Assembly (NCBI GenBank): GCA_040219255.1 | Contig: JAVJSW010000042.1 | Location: 96,001 to 160,000, forward strand | DNA from: Sumerlaeia bacterium | Lineage (GTDB): Bacteria > Sumerlaeota > Sumerlaeia > SLMS01 > JAHLLQ01 | Length of the DNA: 64,000 bases | Direction of reading: 5' to 3' | Part shown: one piece after another, positions 26,185 through 35,560 of the stretch | Position numbering within the stretch: position 1 is the stretch's first letter | Layout of the letters: the number at the start of each line of letters is the position of its first letter | Program-made: the position numbers and the translations under genes | The notes under the pieces: model-generated | Database searches by the model: none | Seen by the model: only the letters and a program-made list of their open reading frames with translations | What the model was told of the DNA's origin: nothing

Positions 26185-28965
26185 GTGGATGGTGATGGAC
26201 CAGAACTCGCTTGCTCGAAACTTCAAGCGGTTCGTGCACCCGGGCGGACGGGGCGGATTCTATTGGTTCTGCGAGGCAATCCTGTGGCTCAAACTTTTGG
26301 CGTCGGTCCCTATCGCGTTCTCCTGGACGCCCGTGGCATTCGGCTCTGGCGCGAAGGCGCATCCCCCGAGGGCATCAACGGTCTGCTGATCTTCACCGTC
26401 GCCTTCGAGAACGGCGAAACGGTCGATTGCTCGGTTACGGACCTGCGCCCGCGCGATGAAGGTCTGCTCGAATTCAGCGGCCATTACCTCGACCGCATCG
26501 CGATCGAAGGCAAACTCTTCTACGATCCCGAACTCCAGGCCTTCGACATCGAGTTCACCGGGCGCCCCACAGCCCGCCGGACGCGCATCCGCCTGGGTCT
26601 CCACATGGAATTGATGGGCGAGGCGGAGCCCCGTTGGCTGATCCCCGGCCTGTTCTACAACGACAACCGGCTGCGCGATTGCCAGCGCATGTACCCCGGC
26701 TTTTCCGAAATCCACCGCGACGCCAAGCGCTTCCTGTCCAATCACTGGTGCTTTCGCAGCGACCGCGCCGCTCTTCCCGCCGTCATTTGCAGCACCTACG
26801 GCACCTGTGGCTTCCTGGCCACCGAGGGCGTCCTGCCCGCGCCCAAGGCCAGCCTGCCCCCCGGTTCCTGGGTCAGCGAAGCGATGACCGGCCTGGGCAT
26901 CGACTCGGAAGGCGGCGCGCCCAAGCTGTCCGCCTTCTTCCCCTATCTCGAAGAACCGGTGAAGTACTCCTACTGCCGCGACGACAAAACCGAACCGGAT
27001 CATCAGTTCCTCGCCGCCGACCCGGACATGCGCATCACGCTCAAGGCCAAGGCCGGTTTCATGCCCTACAAGGACGACGCCTGGATCGGCGTGTACCGCC
27101 GGCTCTACCGCGCCTCAATCCGCAAACACGGCCTGATGCCCCACGTCTCGCCCGAGGTGGCCGAAGCCGTTTCGATGGAAGGCCTGATGCGCTATCACGT
27201 CGATACGGAATCCGGGATGATTTTCGAGACCACCTGTCTCGATAAACACTACGGCCGGCGCGGGACTTTCGTGGAGCGCGATCAGATGCACTGCGGCTGG
27301 CTCGGCGGCGCTTTCCCCGCATACACGCTGCTCTGGAAGGGCCGCGAAAGCATGGAACCGTCCTGGGTGCGAGCCGCCCACCGGGTCATCGACCGCATCT
27401 GCATGGAAATGGCGCCCTGCGGAACGCTGTGGCCCCTGCACGATCTGGAGGATGGCGGCCTGCCAGGCGTCGGCCCGGACGCCGGACTCGCCCACGCCCG
27501 CACCATCGCCGAAGCCATCCTCTTCATCGTCCGCTCCATCCGCCTCGACATCTCCGTGTCCACGGTCCACTCGCGCTGGACCGACGCCATTTCGAACACA
27601 CTGGACTTCGCGGTTTCCAAGCAGCGCGAGGACGGGGCTTTCCCGGCCTACTGGAACGTGGAATCGGGCGAACCTTTCACTTACGATGGCGCCGCCGGCA
27701 TGGCATGGATCCCGGCCCTGATCGCCAGCAGCAACCTGCTCTTCCGTCCCGATTTCCGCCAGGCCGCCATCATGGCCGGCGAGTACTACTCCTCCTTCAT
27801 CGAAGATGATTTCATCTGCGGATGCCAGGAAGACCTGCCCCTCGTTCCCTCAGCGGAAGACGGCCACATGGCCGTGATCGCCTACATGCTGCTCTACGAA
27901 ATGGACCGCGACGAGCGCTGGCTCCAACTCGCACGCAAAGCCGCGGACTGGGCCCTGACCTTCCGCATGGCCTACAACGTTCAGTTTTCCCCCTGGTCCA
28001 TGCTGGCACAGGGCAACTTCCAAACCCGCGGCGGCGACATCTCCTCCGTGGCGACGCCCGTCCTCGGCGCCAGCGGCCTCCTCAGCTACCCGGAAATGCT
28101 CAAGCTTTCCGCCCTGACCCGCGACACATACTACCAGGAACGAGCCCATGAAGCCCGCCTCTTCGCAGCCCAACTCGTCGCCTGCGCCGACGGCCACTAC
28201 AACGCCCGCCAAGGCCAGACCCTCGGCCAGATTTTCCACACCGACTGGTGGCAGCCCAAGGGCAAAGCCCTCTCCCTCGCCTATGCCTGGAGCAGTTGCC
28301 TCCTGCTCTACGCGGGGTTGGTGGACCGGAACCTCGAAATCCCCGCCGCCGCTCTGGAGGGCGATGTGGACAGTATCCTCGCCGCTTCCTCCACCGCCGC
28401 CGTCGCCATAATGGGCGAGGAAGAAATGCCCGTCAGCGCTGAGGAACTACTGCGCCGCCGCAGCATGTCTCAGGTCGGGGTTCAAAAACTCAACGCCCCG
28501 CGCTCACGAACGAATGTCCAGCGCCTCGGCACCAACACACCCTTTCCCTCCTCGATCGCGGAAGCCACCCCACCGCCTACCCCCATGGCTCCCCTGCCCT
28601 CGATGCACGACCTCACGCCCGAGGACTTTGGCACCGCCACGCCGATGCCCTTCGAACGGTCCTCCAGTCCCCGCAACAAGAAGCCCCTCAGTGACCGGCA
28701 TACACCCCTCGAACGCAGCGACACCGAGGACATCGAGATCCGCTGGAACGACGCCTTCGACGACGAAGCCATCGCCCGCGAGCAGGAGGATAAGGCACCG
28801 GCCGCCAAACCGCGCATCAGCCCGGAGCTTCAACAAGAATTCTCCGGCGGCAATCTTCTCAGCGGCCTTCTCGACGAACTCAAATCCGCCAAGAAGCATA
28901 CCACCCTGTCCGAACTCGGAGACGAACCGACCGGCCACATCGACCGGTCGAAGTTTATCGAGTGA
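26185..28965 (+). CDS. Uncharacterised protein; probable beta-sandwich + (alpha/alpha)6 glycosidase-like fold with disordered C-terminal tail
   Basis: Helical repeats such as QREDGAFP, LYEMDRDERWLQLARKAADW, LSALTRDTYYQERA; Pro/Thr-rich tail; coding-like codon bias. Confidence 0.6.
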   Translation: MDGDGPELACSKLQAVRAPGRTGRILLVLRGNPVAQTFGVGPYRVLLDARGIRLWREGASPEGINGLLIFTVAFENGETVDCSVTDLRPRDEGLLEFSGHYLDRIAIEGKLFYDPELQAFDIEFTGRPTARRTRIRLGLHMELMGEAEPRWLIPGLFYNDNRLRDCQRMYPGFSEIHRDAKRFLSNHWCFRSDRAALPAVICSTYGTCGFLATEGVLPAPKASLPPGSWVSEAMTGLGIDSEGGAPKLSAFFPYLEEPVKYSYCRDDKTEPDHQFLAADPDMRITLKAKAGFMPYKDDAWIGVYRRLYRASIRKHGLMPHVSPEVAEAVSMEGLMRYHVDTESGMIFETTCLDKHYGRRGTFVERDQMHCGWLGGAFPAYTLLWKGRESMEPSWVRAAHRVIDRICMEMAPCGTLWPLHDLEDGGLPGVGPDAGLAHARTIAEAILFIVRSIRLDISVSTVHSRWTDAISNTLDFAVSKQREDGAFPAYWNVESGEPFTYDGAAGMAWIPALIASSNLLFRPDFRQAAIMAGEYYSSFIEDDFICGCQEDLPLVPSAEDGHMAVIAYMLLYEMDRDERWLQLARKAADWALTFRMAYNVQFSPWSMLAQGNFQTRGGDISSVATPVLGASGLLSYPEMLKLSALTRDTYYQERAHEARLFAAQLVACADGHYNARQGQTLGQIFHTDWWQPKGKALSLAYAWSSCLLLYAGLVDRNLEIPAAALEGDVDSILAASSTAAVAIMGEEEMPVSAEELLRRRSMSQVGVQKLNAPRSRTNVQRLGTNTPFPSSIAEATPPPTPMAPLPSMHDLTPEDFGTATPMPFERSSSPRNKKPLSDRHTPLERSDTEDIEIRWNDAFDDEAIAREQEDKAPAAKPRISPELQQEFSGGNLLSGLLDELKSAKKHTTLSELGDEPTGHIDRSKFIE

Positions 28966-28968
28966 CCC

Positions 28969-30429
28969 TTATCCGGGTGAGGATTCCGTTTCGCCTCCCT
29001 CGCCCTTGTCCTTAAGTAGCTCGTCGCGCGCCGAATCCCAGGCGGCCAGCCGCTCGGATATACGCGACTCCATCCCGCGATTCTTGGGTTCGTAGATGCG
29101 GGTGCCCGCCAGAGCGTCCGGCAGACCCTGCTTGGGGACGAAGGCCCCCTCCGCATCGTGATCGTAGGAATACCCGGCGCCGTACCCAAGGTCCTTCATC
29201 AGTCCCGTGGGCGCGTTGCGGATTTCGAGTGGTACCGGCAGCGTCCCAGTCTCCTCGATGAGGGCCCGGGCCTTCTTGTGCGCGGCGTAAACGGCATTGG
29301 ACTTCGGCGCGCAGGCCAGGTAGATCGCCAACTGAGTCACGAAGATATCCCCCTCTGGAGAGCCGATTTTCTCGTAGGCCTGCTGGCAAGCGACCGCATG
29401 CGTCAGCGCCCCCGGATCGGCGAGTCCGATATCCTCCGCCGCGGCACGCACCAGCCGCCGCAGCAGATAGCGCGGGTCCTCTCCACCGGCCATCATCCGC
29501 ATCGCGTAGTACGCCGCGCCGTGCGGGTCCGACGAACGAATCGTCTTGTGCAGAGCACTGATGACGTTGAAGTGCTCTTCGCCTTGCCGGTCGTAGATCA
29601 AGTGTCGCTGTGAGACGCCCTTGACCATTTCTACGGTCAGCGCGCTGGCTCCGCCGGCACCGGTTTCCCCGCCTTCCCGCGTCCGCGCGAGGTCGACCGC
29701 CAGTTCCAGCAAGCCGAGCGCCCGCCGCGCGTCGCCGTCGCTCATGCCGACGATGGCCTTCAGCGCATCCGGCGCCGCTTCCACCGGAGCATGACCCTCG
29801 GCCCCGGCTGTCGCATTGAGTTCCCCCAGCGCCCGCTCCAGAAGCCGCGTCAGGTTCTCCTCATCGAGCGAGGAAAGGACGAACACCCGCGACCGCGACA
29901 GCAACGGAGCCACCACCGAGAAGCTGGGGTTCTCCGTCGTGGCGCCGATCAACGTCAACAGACCGCTCTCCACGTGGGGAAGGAGCGCGTCCTGCTGGGT
30001 TCGGCTGAAGCGGTGGATTTCATCGAGGAAAAGCACGGTCTTCCGGGCATATTGCCGGTTGACCTTGGCGTTGTCCACCACGCGGCGGATGTCTTTGACG
30101 CCAGCGCTGACGGCCGAGAGGATCAGGAAATCGGCTTGCGTGTGTTGCGCGATCAATTGGGCGAGCGTGGTCTTGCCGCTGCCCGGCGGGCCCCACAGCA
30201 TCATTGAAGGAATGCGGTCCCGATCGATCAGGCGCCTGAGCGGCGCACCTTCGCCCACCAGCTTCTCCTGGCCGAGAAAGTCATCGAAGCGGCGGGGCCG
30301 CATCCGGTCCGCCAGGGGCCGCGAGCCACCCATGCGGCCGCCGTCCACCGGCACGGGGCCGGGCTGGCCGGAGAGGCTCCGGCGCCGTTCCTCATCGAAT
30401 CCGTCTTCACCAAATAAATCGTCGCTCAT
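28969..30429 (-). CDS. rarA: Replication-associated recombination protein A (MgsA/RarA)
   Basis: PLADRMRP, GPPGSGKTT, DEIHRF, ATTENPSF, EDIGLADP, PKSNAVY, LRNAPT-like IRNAPT. Confidence 0.95.
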   Translation of the reverse strand: MSDDLFGEDGFDEERRRSLSGQPGPVPVDGGRMGGSRPLADRMRPRRFDDFLGQEKLVGEGAPLRRLIDRDRIPSMMLWGPPGSGKTTLAQLIAQHTQADFLILSAVSAGVKDIRRVVDNAKVNRQYARKTVLFLDEIHRFSRTQQDALLPHVESGLLTLIGATTENPSFSVVAPLLSRSRVFVLSSLDEENLTRLLERALGELNATAGAEGHAPVEAAPDALKAIVGMSDGDARRALGLLELAVDLARTREGGETGAGGASALTVEMVKGVSQRHLIYDRQGEEHFNVISALHKTIRSSDPHGAAYYAMRMMAGGEDPRYLLRRLVRAAAEDIGLADPGALTHAVACQQAYEKIGSPEGDIFVTQLAIYLACAPKSNAVYAAHKKARALIEETGTLPVPLEIRNAPTGLMKDLGYGAGYSYDHDAEGAFVPKQGLPDALAGTRIYEPKNRGMESRISERLAAWDSARDELLKDKGEGGETESSPG

Positions 30430-30573
30430 TCTATGCTGGCTCCATCCCGCCGTTTCTGCTCCGATTCCAGCAAAGGACTCCGGCAGGATCAAGGCAGCCT
30501 TGACATCCTAGACGAGTCTCCTCAGATTTCAGCGAAATCAACCATTCCGCATGCGAGTCAGGTTGCGCTATCC

Positions 30574-32283
30574 GTGGCTACCCAGCAGAAACTCCGATTG
30601 GTCGCCCGCTCCGGACCTCAACAAGGCCGAATCTTCTCTCTCTGCGAAGAGCGCATCGCCCTCGGCCGCGACGCCTCCTGCGAACTGCGCCTCGACGACC
30701 CGAAGGTCTCGCGCATTCACGCCTTCTTCGAACGAAAAGACGACGAAGTTTACTTCCGCGATAACCGGTCGACCAACGGCTCGCTCATCAACGGCGTCCG
30801 CGTAACCCAGCAGAAAGTCAACCCGGGCGATATCGTCCAGGTGGGTGGCACCGAATTCGCCGTCATGGAAGACGACGAGTTCACCACCATCCAGTTCATC
30901 TCCGGCGAATCGGTCGTCACCCATTCGGTCGAGGCCAACTCCGTCACACCTGACAAACTGGCCGAGAAATTCGCCAGCGTGTTCGCCCAATACTCGGACA
31001 TCCGGCCCAAGCCGGGCCAGGAAATCCCGCGTCAAATTCGCCTCGTCGGCGGTATCAAAGCCCTCTTCCGCATGTCCCACAAACTGTCCCAACTCTTGCC
31101 GATGGAGGAGTTGATGCATGTGGTGGCGGATGGCGTTTTCGAGATGTTCCCGGGAGCGGAGAACGTGGCCGTGCTGCTGCGCGATCCCGACGCGGGCCGC
31201 ATCACGTCGCGCTTCGCGCGCAATCGCTCGGGCGAGCAAACCCTCACGCTCCAAATCTCCTCCACGGTTCTCAACCGCGCCATTCAGGACAAGAGCACCG
31301 TCCTCGCCAATGACGCCAGCAGCGATCAGCGCTTCTCGGCCAGCGAGTCGATTCTCGGCTTCGAAGTCAAATCCGTCGTCTGCGCGCCGCTCGTTGCCGC
31401 GGATAAGGCCATCGGCGCCATCTACCTGGACAACCGCGCGAAGGAAATGCGCTACGACGAGTTCGACTCCGAACTCATCACCGCCTACGCCAACCAATGC
31501 GCCGTGGCCGTCAACAATTGCCGCCTTTGTGACGATCTGCAGGAATCCTATCACCAGATGCTCCAATCGCTGGTGAATGCCATCGAAGCCAAAGACCCCT
31601 ACACCGCCGGCCACACCCAGCGCGTGAAAGAGCACACCATCGGCATCGCCCAGGAACTGGATTTCGAGCCCGACCGGCTGGTGCGCCTGGAGATGGCCGC
31701 CGAACTGCACGATATCGGCAAGATCGCCCTGGAGGACGGCCTGATCAACAAACCCGGCCGCCTGACCGAAACGGAATTCCACACCATCAAATCGCATGTG
31801 GAAATGGGCGAGAAAATCCTGCAGCCCATCACATACCTGCGCGACCTGCTTCCCTGGATCCGCGGCCATCACGAACGCTGGGACGGCAAAGGTTATCCCG
31901 ACGGACGCAGGGGCGAGCAGACGCCCCTGGAGGGACGCATCCTCGCCGTTGCCGACTCCTTCGACGCCATGACGTCCCAGCGGTCCTACAACAAACCGAT
32001 GACCTTCCAGGAAGGCTTGCAGCGGGTGAAAGCCGACTCGGGCAAACACTTCGATCCCGCCGTCGTGGAAGCCTTCGAGCGCTACATCCGCCGCCGCATC
32101 GAAGCCGACGAAGCCGACTCGGACCCCGAAGGCGGTACGCTGGAAACCATGCGGGCCAAGGAAGCGGCCCGCGTCCTTCAGCGCCTCAATGAACAGGAAC
32201 CCACCCCACGCGACGGCATCGCCCCCAATACGGAGCCTTTCAAGCGTCCCATCCCCGACCCGCAGACCCACCCGACTCCCTGA
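30574..32283 (+). CDS. FHA + GAF + HD-GYP domain protein (putative cyclic dinucleotide phosphodiesterase)
   Basis: FHA LGRD...VSRIHA...STNGSLING; GAF SVVCAPL...GAIYLDN; HD-GYP LHDIGK, HHERWDGKGYPDG, VADSFDAM; GTG start inferred. Confidence 0.88.
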   Translation: MATQQKLRLVARSGPQQGRIFSLCEERIALGRDASCELRLDDPKVSRIHAFFERKDDEVYFRDNRSTNGSLINGVRVTQQKVNPGDIVQVGGTEFAVMEDDEFTTIQFISGESVVTHSVEANSVTPDKLAEKFASVFAQYSDIRPKPGQEIPRQIRLVGGIKALFRMSHKLSQLLPMEELMHVVADGVFEMFPGAENVAVLLRDPDAGRITSRFARNRSGEQTLTLQISSTVLNRAIQDKSTVLANDASSDQRFSASESILGFEVKSVVCAPLVAADKAIGAIYLDNRAKEMRYDEFDSELITAYANQCAVAVNNCRLCDDLQESYHQMLQSLVNAIEAKDPYTAGHTQRVKEHTIGIAQELDFEPDRLVRLEMAAELHDIGKIALEDGLINKPGRLTETEFHTIKSHVEMGEKILQPITYLRDLLPWIRGHHERWDGKGYPDGRRGEQTPLEGRILAVADSFDAMTSQRSYNKPMTFQEGLQRVKADSGKHFDPAVVEAFERYIRRRIEADEADSDPEGGTLETMRAKEAARVLQRLNEQEPTPRDGIAPNTEPFKRPIPDPQTHPTP

Positions 32284-32311
32284 CCGGCCCTCTCGCGGAC
32301 TACCCCCGGCT

Positions 32312-33418
32312 TCAGTTCTCTCTCAAGCGCACCCGATAGGTCTCTGTACGGTCGCGTTCCAGACGAACGATGCGTTCGTAATCGCGATAGCCGGGCCGCC
32401 GCAAAACCAGTTCGTAGCGTCCCTCTGGCAATTCGAACGTCCGGGGGGTGCGCCCGAAATAGATCCCATCGATGAAAATCTCGGCGGCCGTCGGTTCCGA
32501 GCGAAGCACCAGTTTGCCATAGTCCCCTCGGTCGTCCGCCGGTGGCGCATAGTGACCCGGGTAGGGATAGTAAGGCTCGCGGTCCGGCGGCGGCGGATAA
32601 TATGGATCGCGGTAGGGCGGACGACCGTCCGGGTAGGCCGGATAGGCGGGTTCACCGGTGAATCCCTGCCGGTGGATTTCCACCGGCACCTGCGTCCAGC
32701 CGGTCAACAATTCCTGGGGCTGGCCGTACCGGGCGATGGTGGACCGGCTGCGTTCGAGGCGCGCCAGGAAGTCTCCCGGCCGATCACGATGGACTGGGAA
32801 GGCTTCGCGCTGGAGCGCCAGACCCATGTACTCACGCTCGACCCAGTCATAGATGGCGTTCGTCGCGACGAGGGAGAACACCTCGCGCCCCGCCGGTTCG
32901 GACGCCACCAGTCCGTATTCGCCCCGGTCCGGAATCGTGTAGGTCACGCCCGCTCGCAGGTAGTTCTGGCGGTCGTAGGCGTTGGGAAAGAGCTGGCGCG
33001 TCCGCCCCTGGCCATCGGTGCTGAACAGGAATACGTAAGCGTCCTGATCCACCCGGAAGGTGAAACCGACACGTTCGCCGATGGTGTAGGTGCGCTGATT
33101 CGGCAGCAAATACGCCTGGATTTCCGAATCGTAGGCGCCGCCCGCCGTGCCGCCATCCGCATAGTAGCTGCCGCGGGGAATGGGCGTTACCTGGGGCGAT
33201 GTGACCACCGGCTCATTGAGCACCGATTCGCCAGGAAGGCGGCGCCGTTCCGACACGCGGTTGAGGTTCGGTGTGTCATTTTCCGAAACGCGTTCGCCGG
33301 CTTGCTCCGAACGTCGCGAAGGGTCCTGGGGCGTGGTTGGGTCCTGCGCCGCCGCCATTGTGGGCACCCCCAAGGCCAAAGCCATCAGAAGGGTGAAAAA
33401 GAGCCGCATCCATTTCAT
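32312..33418 (-). CDS. Secreted DUF4384 + PEGA domain protein
   Basis: Signal peptide; YTIGERVGF...DAYVFLF...LFPN (DUF4384); C-terminal SEPTAAEIFIDG...GRTP...PGYRDY (PEGA). Confidence 0.8.
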   Translation of the reverse strand: MKWMRLFFTLLMALALGVPTMAAAQDPTTPQDPSRRSEQAGERVSENDTPNLNRVSERRRLPGESVLNEPVVTSPQVTPIPRGSYYADGGTAGGAYDSEIQAYLLPNQRTYTIGERVGFTFRVDQDAYVFLFSTDGQGRTRQLFPNAYDRQNYLRAGVTYTIPDRGEYGLVASEPAGREVFSLVATNAIYDWVEREYMGLALQREAFPVHRDRPGDFLARLERSRSTIARYGQPQELLTGWTQVPVEIHRQGFTGEPAYPAYPDGRPPYRDPYYPPPPDREPYYPYPGHYAPPADDRGDYGKLVLRSEPTAAEIFIDGIYFGRTPRTFELPEGRYELVLRRPGYRDYERIVRLERDRTETYRVRLREN

Positions 33419-33618
33419 CGCTCGATCTTCCTTTCGTCGGACGTGGTGGCGGGGCCGGCGAGGCCCTATGACGCCCAAAACATTGACAACCCCGCTGCAA
33501 GATCGGTTCCCTTGCCCGTTCCGCCTTGCGGTTTGCCGCGCCGCCGGATTATTCCCTACGCGCCAGACGCCGTGCTCGCCTCCCGCTCGGCCAATCCGTC
33601 CGAAAGTCTTTGCCTCGA

Positions 33619-35253
33619 ATGCCTCAGCCCCTTGGTTACCTCAGCCTCGTTCTCCATGCCCACCTGCCCTTTGTCCGGCATCCAGAGTACGACGAGTTTC
33701 TGGAGGAAGATTGGCTCTACGAGGCCATCACGGAAACTTACCTTCCCCTCATCATGATGATGGAGACCCTCGAGCAAGACGGCTGCGACTTCCGCCTGAC
33801 GATGTCGCTGACGCCGACGCTCATCTCCATGCTCCAGGACGAACTGCTGCAAACCCGCTACGTTCGCCATCTCGAGCGCCTGATGGAACTGGCCGACCGC
33901 GAGGAGCAGCGCACTCGCCTGCAGGACGATTTCCACCCTCTGGCTCAGATGTACCAGGAGCACTTCGCCGCCTGCCACGAAGTGTACGAAAACCATCTCC
34001 ACCGCGACGTGGTCGGCGCCTTCGCCAAGTTTCAGAAGAAGGGCAACCTGGAGATCATCACCTGCGGCGCCACCCACGGCTTCCTGCCGCTGATGCAAAA
34101 CCAGCCTGAAGCCGTCAACGCCCAGGTTGCCGTCGCCGTCGATCACTACACCAAGACCTTTGGCCAGGCGCCCCGCGGCATCTGGAACGGCGAGTGCGGC
34201 TTCTTCCCCGGCCTGGACAAGATTCTGGCGAAGCATGGGCTCAAATACTTCTTCGTCGATACGCACGGCGTGCTCTTCGCCAACAAGCGCCCCAAGCGCG
34301 GCGTCTTCGCGCCCCTCCAGACCCCTGGCGGGCCCTACGCCTTTGGCCGCGACATGGAGTCCAGCAAGTCCGTCTGGAGCGCCGAGGTCGGCTATCCCGG
34401 CGACTTCCGCTATCGCGAGTTCTACCGCGACATCGGCTACGACCTGGACGGCGAGTACCTGCGCCCGTTCCTCGGCGAGCTGGGTCTGCGCAAAGCCCTC
34501 GGCATCAAGTACCACCGCATCACCGGCAAAGGGAACCTGCGCGAGAAAGAACCCTACGTCCCCGAAGACGCCACGGAAGCCGCCGCCAGCCACGCCGGCC
34601 ACTTCCTGTTCTGCCGCCAGCAGCAAGTCCTCCACCTCCAGGGACTCCTCGATCGGCCGCCGCTCATCACCTCGCCCTACGACGCCGAGCTCTTCGGCCA
34701 CTGGTGGTTCGAAGGACCCCAGTTCCTCGACTTCCTGCTACGCAAAATTCACTACGACCAGACCGATGTGGCGCTCATCACGCCGAGCGAATACCTGGAA
34801 CGTTACCCCGACGCCCAGGAAGCCATGCCAAGCCTATCCTCCTGGGGCAGCGGCGGCTACAACATGGTCTGGCTGGAGGGCTCGAACGACTGGATTTACC
34901 GCCACCTGACGAGCTGCGGCGCGCGCATGATCGACTTGGTGAACAAGACCGCTGAAGCCGGCGAACCGGACGCTCTGACGGAACGCACCCTGAACCAGGC
35001 CGCCCGCGAACTGCTCCTGGCGCAATCGAGCGACTGGGCCTTCATCATGAAAACCGGCACCACGGTTCGTTATGCGGTCAAGAGGACCAAGGAACACCTC
35101 AATTACTTCATCGCCCTCGTCGAAATGGTCGAACGCGGAGACATCGTCGAATCCACCCTCGCCGACCTCGAACACCGCGACAACATCTTCCCGGAAGTGA
35201 GCTGGCGGGTGTATATGACGGAGGCGCTGGGGGGCGTGACGACGAAGGTGTGA
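33619..35253 (+). CDS. GH57 1,4-alpha-glucan branching enzyme (DUF1957 type)
   Basis: HAHLPFVRH, WLYEAITETYLP, GATHGFLP, GIWNGECG, YDAELFGHWWFEG, ELLLAQSSDWAF. Confidence 0.92.
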   Translation: MPQPLGYLSLVLHAHLPFVRHPEYDEFLEEDWLYEAITETYLPLIMMMETLEQDGCDFRLTMSLTPTLISMLQDELLQTRYVRHLERLMELADREEQRTRLQDDFHPLAQMYQEHFAACHEVYENHLHRDVVGAFAKFQKKGNLEIITCGATHGFLPLMQNQPEAVNAQVAVAVDHYTKTFGQAPRGIWNGECGFFPGLDKILAKHGLKYFFVDTHGVLFANKRPKRGVFAPLQTPGGPYAFGRDMESSKSVWSAEVGYPGDFRYREFYRDIGYDLDGEYLRPFLGELGLRKALGIKYHRITGKGNLREKEPYVPEDATEAAASHAGHFLFCRQQQVLHLQGLLDRPPLITSPYDAELFGHWWFEGPQFLDFLLRKIHYDQTDVALITPSEYLERYPDAQEAMPSLSSWGSGGYNMVWLEGSNDWIYRHLTSCGARMIDLVNKTAEAGEPDALTERTLNQAARELLLAQSSDWAFIMKTGTTVRYAVKRTKEHLNYFIALVEMVERGDIVESTLADLEHRDNIFPEVSWRVYMTEALGGVTTKV

Positions 35254-35277
35254 GGCGGGGTAGTGGGTTAGACTTTC

Positions 35278-35480
35278 AACCACTGAGAGTACAAAGGTTG
35301 GTGGTTTCACGGAGTGCTTCGCTTGTCACGGATAAGCAGGGATAGGAAGCAGGTTTGTATTATTTAACTCTGATTTTCCTCGGTTTGGGCGTGTTCCTTC
35401 AGGACTGATGTTCGATCCGGGGAGTGGCCCTCTGGAATGATTTTTCGATTCCAAGTCTCCTGCATTTCTCTGTTGTTTTC
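35278..35480. repeat. Probable degenerate periodic-arm element D
   Basis: Left arm AACCACTGAGAGTACAAAGGTTGGTGGTTTCACGGAG aligns with the left arm of element E; AT-rich core; only a weak right arm (CTCTGTTGTTTT). Confidence 0.5.
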
Positions 35481-35560
35481 TTGGGATGGCGACCCCAATA
35501 AAAGTCTCAAACCCAAATACGTTTCCAAATTTCAGCTGCTGGTACAGGGCAGGACCCCTA

